A stretch of 64,000 bases of DNA from Macrostomum hystrix (Eukaryota; Animalia; Platyhelminthes). A program made the translations under genes and the position numbers. Position 1 is the first letter of the stretch; every line of letters begins with the position of its first letter. Shown here piece after piece: positions 46,290-57,379 of the stretch. Under the pieces are notes generated by a model that was not told the DNA's origin, made no database searches, and was given only the letters and a program-made list of their open reading frames with translations. The stretch covers positions 8,804,001 through 8,868,000 of the forward strand of contig CATNEN010000039.1 in the NCBI GenBank assembly GCA_950097015.1, read 5' to 3'.

Positions 46290-46724
46290 TCAGTAGAAGC
46301 ACTGCCTGAGGTTCGGCAGCGAAAGCGGCCACTCACGCGGCTGCAAGCCGCCTTTGACGGCTTGCGGATCTCGCGGCAGCAGCGACGCCCGAATCACCTT
46401 CTCAGCCAGGGAGCCCTTGGCAATGCTGGCCGCTGCTAGGGAGGCGGCCAGAGTGAGCTCAACTGTGAGCAGTTCACTGTCTCTCGATAGACTGACCGTC
46501 AGGCTCTGGCCCAGCTGATCGATGACGCGAGTTGAACTGAAGTAGGCCGAGCCTTGTCGGGGACCAGCGTTGACAGCAGACAAACTGGCGCAACACTGCT
46601 CCGAACGGTCGCTGTCTCCGCCAGGGAGAATCTCAGTTGCAGTCGCAGAGGCCGTTGATAGTGCTGGCGTTGCCACAGCGGCTGCAGGATGCACTCGCGC
46701 CTGACTGACTCCGCAGCCCATCAT
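46290..46724 (-). CDS. Hypothetical 144-aa protein or exon with an N-terminal MGC motif
   Basis: GC-rich ORF in AT-rich surroundings; starts MMGCGVS; no recognisable domain. Confidence 0.35.
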   Translation of the reverse strand: MMGCGVSQARVHPAAAVATPALSTASATATEILPGGDSDRSEQCCASLSAVNAGPRQGSAYFSSTRVIDQLGQSLTVSLSRDSELLTVELTLAASLAAASIAKGSLAEKVIRASLLPRDPQAVKGGLQPREWPLSLPNLRQCFY

Positions 46725-47636
46725 GTGTCATGACTGGCGACTCGCTGACTGATGCCAATGATGCTCGGCTGCTCCCTGTTGATGCAAAATTAATTCAGGT
46801 TTTGAGTTTTCTTTACTCTGACCATTAGCAGTTAAATATTGCTGTTAGCTATAACTGTAAAAATACCACGGGGATATTTCAAATACCCACATTTTCCATT
46901 TTCTGTATCTCCTAAAATACGAGTAGTAATCTACTAATCGCCATAAAAGCCCAGAACACGGACGAAAAGCTCTTGCTCTATCCGATGAAGCAAATTCCAG
47001 AATCTCAAAACAGCAGCATCGTCAAATATATTCAACGGTTCTCGTCGGCGTAATTTTCGGTTATAATTTTTGGGCATATAATTTTTTAACAAAATTTCAT
47101 CATGGAACAATGTCAGCTCAACAATTTATGTTAATCAGTCGCAGGGACCTTTGTTCTCAAGATCCCAGTCTCCAGGTTCCCCCTTCATCACCGTCTGGAG
47201 CATCGACGACGACCGTCGGAACCTTCAACAAAAGCACACGATCGGCATCTCAAAGACGGCTGCGTTCACAAAGCTGAAATTGAAGAATCCTGTTCTGCAT
47301 GCATTCCTCAGTCGGTAGACATAATCGATGAACAAAATGGACAATGACCTATGATGTTATAGCGATCACATATGCCTTGGTGTGGTGCTTTGATCAAAGA
47401 AGGTCGTTGTTGGCGGCACCAGCTCGTCTGGGCCGCGCAATGGCACTCTGTTTAAGGTCGCCTGTATGTCTGCAGTTCAGCCGTCCATTTCGTTTACCGA
47501 TTATGTCTACTGACTGAAGACTGCTATTTAAATTCAACCGCACTTAAAAATCGATTGAGCTGTATTTTTTCCTAAGATCGATTTTCCTTATAGCTACAAG
47601 TTGCATTTTTTTAATAGTTGTTTGCGCTTTTTTCAG

Positions 47637-47920
47637 CACACGGGTGAGTAAAGTTGCAGAGCCGGCCCTTCAATGTGACGTCAAACCACAGAATTAAAAA
47701 GTCGAAACCCTTTAATAAATTAGAGAGTATGCAAGACGCGTTGAGATCTAACTGCCGTTATTTTTCACAATCAATCAAATAATACGAGTACAATAACAAT
47801 ATTATAACCCAATAATGAGACTTTTCGGTAAACATTATATTTTATTAATAGTGAGTGTTCGTAAAACCGCTTGGCATAAAAGCCAAGGTGAAGCGTAACA
47901 GGTGGTCGGTAGATTTTAGT
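47637..47920 (+). repeat. Dispersed repeat starting CACACGGG, second copy at about 52939-53166
   Basis: Shared blocks CACACGGGT..TAAAGTTG..GAGCCGGCCCTT..CGTCAAA..AAAAGTC and GAAGC..AACAGGTG..GTAGATTTT. Confidence 0.6.
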
Positions 47921-49395
47921 TGATTCAAAGCGTTAAACCTGCATATAGGGACCCGTAAAATCATCTGAAATGATCAAAATTAATATCATTAATAAATTTG
48001 AGTTAAACTCACCACAGGTGCAGCAGCAGGTGCCCCAATTTAGCTGGCGGCAACTTCTAGAGATGCCACTTGACTACGACAATTATTAGGAGCGAAATAA
48101 TAAAATAGTTAATATTGTGCCGATTGAATTTTAAGCCAACCAGCGGCCTTTGATCTGAAAGTCTTTGCAGTGTGCTGACGCCGGTGTTCAATGGCTCAAT
48201 ATACCCCTCGTACGAGCGTATCTTTCACTCTCAGCGCAATCGAAAAAAATTCTAAGGCTCTGCGTGAGTGAGCCCGTGCTGCAATGGGAAAATGGAGACT
48301 CAATGGAGAGAGAGCTGATGGCTCTGTGAATGGCAGGGTTCTCAATTGGATTTGCCTTCTCTTCCTTCCGACCCCTACCCTGATGCCAGAACTGAGTGCA
48401 AGTTCGCATGCGTGCCTTAAATGACAGTCTAATCTAAGGCCTTCAAGCTTAGATTAGTCTTAGTCTGTTTAGTCTTCAAGCTAAACAGGTATGGTTGCTG
48501 TTGCCACCGCTACACCTGCGCGGTGGTTGCTGATTTATCTAACGTGCCAGTTCTACCTAGTGACAGAGAAATCGATTCGGCAGAGCGGAATGCGTCCTCA
48601 AGTGTCAAATCCAAATACTTTGCTCTCTGGGGCTCTTCCCGCTTATCCTCCCTTTCCTGTAGAATCCCATCTTAGGTCCACACTTTCGATCCCTCTTTCT
48701 CTTCCCACCTGTCCATCTCCTGCCACTCCCGCAATCGAGTGACACAGCTAGTGCTCAGCCACTGAGCTCCTCCTCTTCCTGCTCATGCAGCTTTTCGTAC
48801 CTTTTCTTACCCGCAAATGATCTCACGCTGATCTCATCCTAACTGGCTGGGATGCTCAGCGCCTATTCGATGATATTTTCGAGTTCTCTCGACCTGAGTC
48901 CTGAGTCCTAACTTGCACTCAACTTAGTCCTGAAAGTACAACTTCTTCACAGGAAAGAATTCCCTACCTTTGCTTCCTTCCTATGAGTTTACTTCAAAAG
49001 GAAATATTTAAACGAAAACGAACAAATCGGCGAAAAACAGTTCGCTAGCTTCTTATATTTGAGCAGCAAGCGTCGACTAACTATAGTTAGTAATATGTTA
49101 TTCTCGAACCGGCTCAAGTTGCAGCACATGCCTGCAACGAGCCAGTCTGCAATTGCGTTTCCTAAGCGCAATTCGCAATGTGCGAAAATCATATGCCTGT
49201 GTAAAACCAATTTCCATTAAGGGTGCGTCGTCTCAGGGAAGCCACTGCTGGTCCCAAGTGTATGTTTCTTTATATAAGCATAAACCAATCGTCAATGCGC
49301 CGACGATAGTCTTATGGTCTCAAAGGCATATAGATTCCAATACAATATACGAAGTATTTAACTTTAAGAACGTTGCTCGAACCAAAGTGGAGGAG

Positions 49396-51029
49396 ATGGA
49401 CCAGCCATTGCAAAGCGGCCAAGGTTCTTGCTGCGAATCGCGACAGTCGCGCCGCAAATGGCTCCTGCTGATCAGCGCCTGTCTCATACAGGTGATGACG
49501 GGCCAGTGTCTTTCTGGTCCGATCTACGCCAATTTCATGAGGCACAGCTATGGACTCAATCAGCGACAGCTGGACCTCTGCATCGCTCTTATGTACCTGG
49601 GAACTATGCTCATCATGATCAGCGGAGTTTTCTACGATCAGTACGGTGCCAGAGCTTCAATTGCGTTCGGTGGCGTGCTCTCCAGTTTGTCTCTCATCTT
49701 ACTGGCTGTCTCCATGGCCCACCCTGAGCCACTGCGGCAGCACGTCTGGCTCCTGTACACCCTGCTTTTTCTGCATGGCCACAGCTTCAACTACAGCTAC
49801 GTGTCTGTAGTCGCATCCTGCATGAAGGGCTTTCCGCATAGTCAACTGGGCACTGTAATGACGATGCTTGACATCAGCTTTACTCTGGGCCCATCTGCTG
49901 TAGCCTTCTTCTACTACGTTGTGTTCAACAACATGAACCGCAGCACCACAGACCAGAGTCCCATCGGTACAAGAATTGTGCTTGTAGTTTTCAATGCAGC
50001 AGTGCACACTTTCGCTTACTTTTTTCTTGAGCCTCAGAGTTTCACTATTGAGGATGAATCCAAGCCAATCATTGACGGACAAGAAACGCAACCGACAAAC
50101 CAGCAGCAGCAAACTTCTCTTTCGAACATCGGCTCCGTAACTGAAGCCGATGGGCACAGCAGAGCTCTCACAGCTAAACAACCCAACGCCGATAACGATT
50201 CCATCAGTGAAAATCAGAAGAGACAGGCTGACAAAGACTGCGGGACTCAAATGCGAGAATTTCTGTCCGCGTGTCTTTCTGCTCGCTTCCTTCCGTTCTT
50301 ATTTGGCATTGCGTTCACGATTGGACCAAACCTGGCGACGTTTTTGAACGTGACAAGCATCACTCGCAGCATGTCGCTCACCGCCTATGACGTCTACTTC
50401 TTTTGGTTGTCCACCATTTCCGGTGCAATTTGGCGCTGCTTGATAGGGCCGCTATCCGATCGATACCTATCGAAGGCCAGCGAGCGCGCCGCCCTCCTGC
50501 TCGCCAGTGTCGCCTGCTTCGGATTTGTTTCGTCGCTATTGCTCAGCACTCCTGTGGCAGCCGGCGCTTCGCCTGGAGCCATTATTATCATGGCCTACAT
50601 TTTGGATGGTCTGAACAGCGGCTCCATGTTCTTGCTGGCCCCAGTGCTTGTCTCCCAAACGGAACCTCGACACATGTTCGGTCGCTTGTACTCGTCCTGC
50701 CTGGTGCTTGGCTCGGTCTTAGCGCTGCTTCTGATGTTGCAGTTTGGCGCCATCTACGATTTGTTAGCCAGCCCAGCCGCTGCAGGTGTGGTAGAATATA
50801 TTCACTCTTCTAGTTCATTTGACTGCGTCTCACACTCATTGTCATGACTCATTTACGCGCAGGTGTGGTCACTGACAACACAACAGTATTATCGACCACC
50901 CCCAGTGAGCTTGAGTGCTTCGGCCAGGCCTGCTACGTGTTTGGAGGCGTGGCCAGCACCTTCTGCCAGGTTCTGTCAGTGGCGTGCCTGGCCTTTTACT
51001 TGGCTGCTCTGCGAACGTCCGGCTCCTGA
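49396..51029 (+). CDS. MFS transporter, Nodulin-like/NFD4/Mch1-type; exons 49396-50785 and 50863-51029
   Basis: Two bundles of hydrophobic helices with a central loop; MFS motif A-like GVFYDQYGAR and GPLSDRY; removing the GT..AG at 50786-50862 restores the frame to the terminal CFGQACY plus last helix. The start at 49396 is chosen by alignment with the paralog. Confidence 0.85.
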
Positions 51030-51795
51030 AGGTGGTGACTTGTCTTCCGGAATGACTCAGACATATAAAGATCGCATGAATTGTAACAATAAAATATAAG
51101 ATACTGTGGCGGCCAGACGATACGCGACCGGCCAGCGCTAGTACAGCTGCACTCCAAACCCCTCGAACCCAGTCTACCAGAGGTGGGCTTTGTGCGCCCA
51201 GCCAGCCGACTCGCTAAGCGGGGGTTGTGCGAAGTCATGCCACTATTTGCACCTCCCTAGGGCCCTCTAACAACCTCTAAGTTTATACATAAATATACGC
51301 GCAATCCAGCCAACGATCGTCGCTGCAGTGCAGCCATTCCATCTCTTAAATAAAAGGCCTTCCGCCTTAATATTTTATATACATTTTAGTAACATTATTA
51401 AACTGTTCACCGTATTAGATAGTGGCTGTATTAAGTACGAGCGTACTAACCATTTGCCAAAAATATTTCAAAAACTGCTAAATCTAACTTTCTTCGGCTG
51501 AAATTTTCACATTTTCAAAGTTGCATCATCCATAGAACTAACTGCATTTTCATGGCGATACCCTTAAAGTTGCACTGTCGACACATTTTAAGCTGCATTT
51601 AAGCTGCTCCGCAGGCTCCTCCCCTGGGAAAGACGGCATCCTCCCAGCCTTCTTGCTGAAGATGAAAGATGAATCCAGGCGGCGCTGTTGTCTCTGCTGA
51701 ATATGAGCTGGTGGAAGGGGAGAGTACCTTCAGTGAGAGGCCATCATCTGTCCGATTGCTAAGAAAGATAAACCGACCCACGACCCTGCATCCTA

Positions 51796-52110
51796 ATGTA
51801 CAGCCTCGCTGTTGAGCTGAATAGGCAAGAACCTCGAACCTCGATGGTCAACCGTCACATGAATACCTGGGCCGAGGAGAACGACTTGATCCCCGAAGAG
51901 CAAGAAGGCTTCCGAGCGGATCGCAGCACTTCGCCGCGATGGCCTGCAGACGCGGCCAATGAGACGGGCATTGCTTGCCGCCTTCGATTTTTTTGGCGGT
52001 GTTTGATCGCACTTGGCGACTTGGGATTCTGCGCGAGCTCGCTCGAGCCAGAGCACCGGCCGGCTGGATGCTGTGGCTTCGATCGCTTCTGGCCGACGGC
52101 CGCGCCTGCG
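51796..52110 (+). pseudogene. Decayed LINE reverse-transcriptase fragment
   Basis: MVNRHMNTWAEENDLIPEEQEGFRADRST (QxGFR motif), then frameshifted AVFDRTW..ML.WLRSLL. Confidence 0.65.
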
Positions 52111-52419
52111 CCTGCTGCCAAAAGGCAGCCCGCTCTCACCTCTGCTTTTTAACATCGCCACTCGAGGTGGGCAGCTAAGAGCCAAGAGATGACTGCCAAG
52201 AGCCATCCAGCGAGCGGCACCCAAGTGCCGACCAACACAGCACTAGCCGAACCGGACGCAACAGCTGCTGTAGCGCAAGGAAGACCTGTTCTCCAAGCCG
52301 AATACGACCTGGGCATGGCAGAGCTGCTGCAGCAACCAGATCGAACTGGAGCCAGGAGCTCGCCGCATTGAAAAGTCCAGCACCGCCTGCTTATGTCTGC
52401 GAGAAACCAGGGGGGCCAG

Positions 52420-52560
52420 AAAATCGGTCAGATGCTGGACAGCAGAATCATTGAGCCGTCGACTTCGCCACGGGCAGCAACCTGCTTGTTGTCCTCAAGA
52501 ACGGCGACGTCAGCTCTGCACTGACTGGCGGCAGCTAAACGTCTGCACGATCAAGGACGA
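52420..52560 (+). pseudogene. Decayed Gypsy RT N-terminal fragment
   Basis: KIGQMLDSRIIEPSTSP..LLVVLKNG..LCTDWRQLNVCTIKD across frameshifts. Confidence 0.65.
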
Positions 52561-52570
52561 ACAAAAAACG

Positions 52571-52648
52571 TGGTCCCGCCACGGAATCGAGCTTTGGGAC
52601 CTTGGCGCGAGAGGCCAAACGCGTTAACCGCTCTGCCGCTTGCACGCC
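52571..52648 (-). pseudogene. tRNA-like sequence (pseudo-tRNA or SINE head; CTC in the anticodon loop)
   Basis: GGCAGAGCGGTTAACGCG D-arm, TTGGC-CTCTCGC-GCCAA anticodon arm, degenerate B box GCTCGATTCC, downstream T run; the acceptor stem does not pair. Confidence 0.55.
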
Positions 52649-53238
52649 AACAAATATACTATAATGTCACTTAAGTTTCGCCAATCTCATAGACAAATAA
52701 TCGCTCAATAATTAGCTTTGTAATATCATGGCAGCTTAGCAACAATCTCACATCACTTTAGCTATAATCGTAATAGAAGTAAAGCCAAGTTACGCTCGTA
52801 TTTTAGCTGCTTAACAATAATTTCTTAGTCGTCTCGGAAAGTTTCTGATCGATTGGTGCAAGCTTGGCAAAGCCGGTTAAGACGATTTTTTAATCTTTTA
52901 TCCCTATTGTCCCATTATACTTTCGTCAAGTGAATCTGCACACGGGTAAATAAAAGTTGAGCCGGCCCTTAAAATCGGCGTCAAAGCACCGCCTGTAAAA
53001 GTCAAACTCTCCAAGCAATGAAATAATATAGCAAGCGAGAAATAACTCATAAAAAGACTTCTCGACAAATAATGCACTTTTTAAAATACGCAATTCTTTT
53101 GGGCGTTAGTCAAATTGCTTGGCTCAAAGGTAACGCGAAGCTGAACAGGTGTTCAGTAGATTTGAGCTCTGAAGTGGGTGCTTAGAGAGCGGCGGAGTCT
53201 CATGACTACCGAATCACCCTAACCCGCGAGATTCATTA

Positions 53239-53951
53239 CTGATAATTCAACTGAGCAACTGGCAGAGCTGATAATTAAACTGAGCAACTGGCAGAGCTGA
53301 CAATTAAACTGAGCAACTGGCAGAGCTGATAATTCAACTGAGCAACTGGCAGAGCTGACAATTAAACTGAGCAACTGGCAGAGCTGACAATTAAACTGAG
53401 CAACTGGCAGAGCTGACAATTAAACTGAGCAACTGGCAGAGCTGACAATTAAACTGAGCAACTGGCAGAGCTGATAATTCAACTGAGCAACTGGCAGAGC
53501 TGACAATTAAACTGAGCAACTGGCAGAGCTGATAATTAAACTGAGCAACTGGCAGAGCTGACAATTAAACTGAGCAACTGGCAGAGCTGACAATTAAACT
53601 GAGCAACTGGCAGAGCTGATAATTCAACTGAGCAACTGGCAGAGCTGACAATTAAACTGAGCAACTGGCAGAGCTGACAATTAAACTGAGCAACTGGCAG
53701 AGCTGACAATTAAACTGAGTAACTGGCAGAGCTGATAATTCAACTGAGCAACTGGCAGAGCTGACAATTAAACTGAGCAACTGGCAGAGCTGACAATTAA
53801 ACTGAGCAACTGGCAGAGCTGACAATTAAACTGAGCAACTGGCAGAGCTGATAATTCAACTGAGCAACTGGCAGAGCTGACAATTAAACTGAGCAACTGG
53901 CAGAGCTGATAATTCAACTGAGCAACTGGCAGAGCTGACAATTAAACTGAG
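53239..53951. repeat. 29-bp minisatellite, about 24.5 copies
   Basis: Unit ACTGAGCAACTGGCAGAGCTGAYAATTMA. Confidence 0.97.
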
Positions 53952-54692
53952 GGATTCAAAACTCGCCAGCGCAGGAGAGATGGGGAGAGGAAGGGGAATA
54001 GCGGGGGCAGAGGAGGGGTAGGGGGAAGGAGACAGGGGAGAAGGATAGGGGAGAGGGAAGGTGCGAGGGAGCAGACATGGGAAGGGGACAGGGGGAAGAG
54101 CAGCACATTAAAAAGGCTCCGGGAAGAGGGAGAGGGACAGGGCTCAGTGACGGATGGGAGTGGGTCCTAATGGCTTCAAGCGTAGCCAGTCCCACTCATC
54201 CCATAGGCCGCGCTAATGATCATGCCTACCCCAAGCAATGGACTCTTACAGCGGCCAGAGAGATAGCAAAAACACTCGGAATCGCGTGTGGCAGTGCATA
54301 GCAGTATACTGCTGTGAGTAGCGCAAAGCGCATGCCTCTCCCAGCTTTGGTAGCACAAGGACCACGTAGATTCCGCATTCCTTGCCTTCGATTTCTGTTT
54401 ACCAAAGAATGCCTAAATGAATGGTGACATTTTTAATAAACGAATTTCCTTGCATACGTTAAGTAAATAATCAAGCAACCAAGCAACCCAGCGGGTCCTT
54501 CTCAATGCAACTTTTTTGGAAACTGTAAAACCTGTTAGGGACTTATGCTAGCTCTACTCGGCAGTCTCTTCTCACTTCTCTCGCGTGTCGGAGAAGACAA
54601 ACAAACAATTTCCCAAAAACGTCTTCTGTTACATTTTGAGAGGAGAGGGGTGGGCGCGAGGAGGGAGAATATCCCTCGCGGCCGGTAGTTGG

Positions 54693-54778
54693 CGATCAGA
54701 GATGACAGTGTTTAGGATCAGAGATGACAGTGTTTAGGATCAGAGGTGACAGTGTTTAGGATCAGGGATGACCAGGAT
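54693..54778. repeat. 22-bp tandem repeat, about 4 copies
   Basis: GATCAGAGATGACAGTGTTTAG. Confidence 0.85.
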
Positions 54779-54859
54779 TCAGAACATTGTATTCGCATGA
54801 CTCAAATGACTCGCGTACACGGCGAGGCGCAAGGCATTTCCAAGGCTTTCAAAGGTATC

Positions 54860-55100
54860 ATGGTTTATCAAGGGGAAGCGTGATTTATCTGGGGAAGGGT
54901 AGCATGAATTATAAAAGGAGTGGCATGATTTATCCAGGAAATACGTAGCATGCTTTTAAAGGCAGTAAAAATGATTTATTCAGTGGGTAGCATGAATTAT
55001 TGAGTGGTATATTGGATTATCGTGGGAGCAGCATGAATTCAGAGGGGTAGCATGATATATCGACAGAAAAGCATGATTCATCAAAAGGGTAGAATTATTT
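54860..55100. repeat. Degenerate copies of the 21-bp AGCATGAATTATCAAGGGGGT repeat
   Basis: Recurrent AGCATGA(A/T)TTAT..GGG at about 21-bp spacing. Confidence 0.75.
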
Positions 55101-55467
55101 AATTGGCAACGTTTGTTGAAAAAAATTGTAAAAAACGTTTGTAACTGCACACTGCACAGATTGAGCTTTTATATTTCTCGAATGTTAGCGAGACCTCTCT
55201 TCCTCCTTTCTTTTACCTGAAAACTGCAGCCTACATATGAAAAGCATGTCTCGGCTTCGATCACTAAGCCGCTTTTTTTTCATCTAGCTCCGAAGCTCAT
55301 AGGTACCTGTGTTTTGCAGAATGTAGGTAAAATTTCAGCATCAGTTTTGCTACTGCTTTTTTTCTTCTAATCTTCTATCATTAAGAGTTCAAGGACTGTT
55401 TTTTTGTTTTTTTTGGGTGCAATTAAATGTTAATATTTTGTTAATATGTTAAAATGTTAATTCTGTC

Positions 55468-55788
55468 CACAGTTCTGTACGAGATGTCCAGTTTGTCGGG
55501 GAAATGGTTGTTGACCCGCTGTGCCATCTCGCTCAGGGTGAGGAACGGGTTGCGGTTCACCTCTGCTTTCAGAAATTCACGAATCTCCTCATCCACCTTG
55601 CACCTTGCTTCTTTTCGGCCTCCACGAGGCATAACGTCCATCCTTCCCTCATTCCTGTACAGCCTCACGATGCGATGAGCAGTTGAACTTGACAGCTGAA
55701 GGATTATTGCTGCGTCCTTGACCGGTGTGCCTCGATTCATTGCCTCGATGAGCCGACGTCGGTCAACTGGACTCACAGGTGGTGCCAT
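55468..55788 (-). pseudogene. Transposase N-terminal double HTH fragment (IS630/Tc1-like); no DDE domain seen
   Basis: DRRRLIEA..PVKDAAIILQLSSSTAHRIVRLY..PRGGR..NPFLTLSEM..ISYRTVDR, then AT-rich sequence. Confidence 0.75.
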
Positions 55789-57379
55789 CACCAGCAAACT
55801 GGAGAGATGGCTGGCAGAATGAATCTTTTGCTCAAAGCCTTACATGCGGTTTCCACTGGCATTAAAAGTGAAAAGTGAAGTCCATTCTATTCTTTCCTTC
55901 ATGGTGCTGCCTCGCTACACTAACCAAGCGTTGCCATTTTGATTGTCCAATTCTCATTTCGATCGTCAAAAAAGTCTATGGCTTAAGCCGCAGCTGCTGC
56001 GAAGCTGAGCTGAGCTGCTGCATGCAGATCTATGGCTCTCTTCATTTTGATTGTCCATTTTCTCATATTGATTTTCAAAACCAAAATATTCGCTTTTGAT
56101 TAGCTACTGTCGAAGCAAAATATTTTTTAGCTTTATTTTTCGAGTGCAGTGTGACGTTATTAAACTGGCATGGCGTGACGAAATTACTGACAACAGAGCC
56201 GGTCAACTCAATCCAAATTTTAGTTAGAATTCTCGTAATCAGTGTAGCGGTAGCACTTTAGATTGATCTCGTTTATTCGCACTGGGACTTACGACCTGCG
56301 CCTGTTGCGCAGGAGCTCAATGGTAACAATAACTAGTAGTGAAGACGAAATTGATAGTATGAATAACAGTGTAATTAACAACGGCCGGGACAGGTGCAGT
56401 GCGCAGAGAGAAGTGCGAGAGGACAGCCAGGCAGGACAAGGAGCGGCGCAGACAAGACCAGTGAGGCGCGAGCGGGCTCAGGAGCCCTAGTTAAATAACC
56501 TAGCCCGCATGATAAACAGAGCGATCGATAATCAGAGTTAGGAAGAGCTCGCACGCTCATTGGTCGGGGTAATTAACATTGAAACACGCGTAGGAAATAA
56601 GCTGGAATGGCGCGATGTACGAGCTACATTGACGTCTACTTACAGTAGTGCTCTAACAATTTTAACTAAATATACGAAACCGCAGAAGTGGATGATAGTT
56701 AGATGACATTAGTCAAACGGCCTAAGTTAGTACACACGTAAATTAAATATGCAAATTACGACGTAAATTAAAGTCATAGGGGCGCCTGCAACAAGTGACA
56801 ACGTCACAGCAGTGCAAGTGTTCTGCTATTATGTGTATTCGATTCAGTAATGTAAGAAAATACTTTGAGCATACGCGTAGCTGTTAATTGGCGATGCGAA
56901 ATTTGTGTCCTGAATCTTTGCCGAATCAAGACGGTCTCTTACTGCGAAGACTCTCTTTTTTGCATGGTAAGACACCGTGCGGATCCGATAGAGCGATCTG
57001 CTGTATTTTGACAAGCCGCACCCAGACTGCGGCTGCCTAATAAAACTAAAATACAAAAGGTGGTGCCTGCCGTACAAAAGTACAAAAATTTGCACTTTTG
57101 ATACAACAGCAGCTGTACAAAAGCTTCGCTGATTACTCTTTCATTGGTTGCTTGCACTTCGTTTGTTGCTAATAAAAAATATATCGATTTCACTTATTTT
57201 TTACATATTATGGTCAATGATTTAACAAACATATTTTTGCCTTGAATTTGATACTCGTAGACTGATTGGGCAGCTAGCAGCTGTTCGATTCGATGTGTTG
57301 TCGATCCATACTCGACTTTTGAGTATTATATGCAAGTTTCGCCGCTAGCTCCCAGCCAGTGGCCACAAATTCTGGAGGA

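Noticed and set aside
49153-49395. ORF-track start of the MFS gene at a TTG
   Set aside because: Non-ATG start in a eukaryote; the paralog aligns from near the ATG at 49396.
52571-52648. Functional tRNA-Glu gene
   Set aside because: The acceptor stem does not pair and the T-loop is degenerate.
53239-53951. 29-bp array (and the 48-bp arrays) as CRISPR
   Set aside because: Units are head-to-tail with no unique spacers, there are no cas genes, and the context is eukaryotic.
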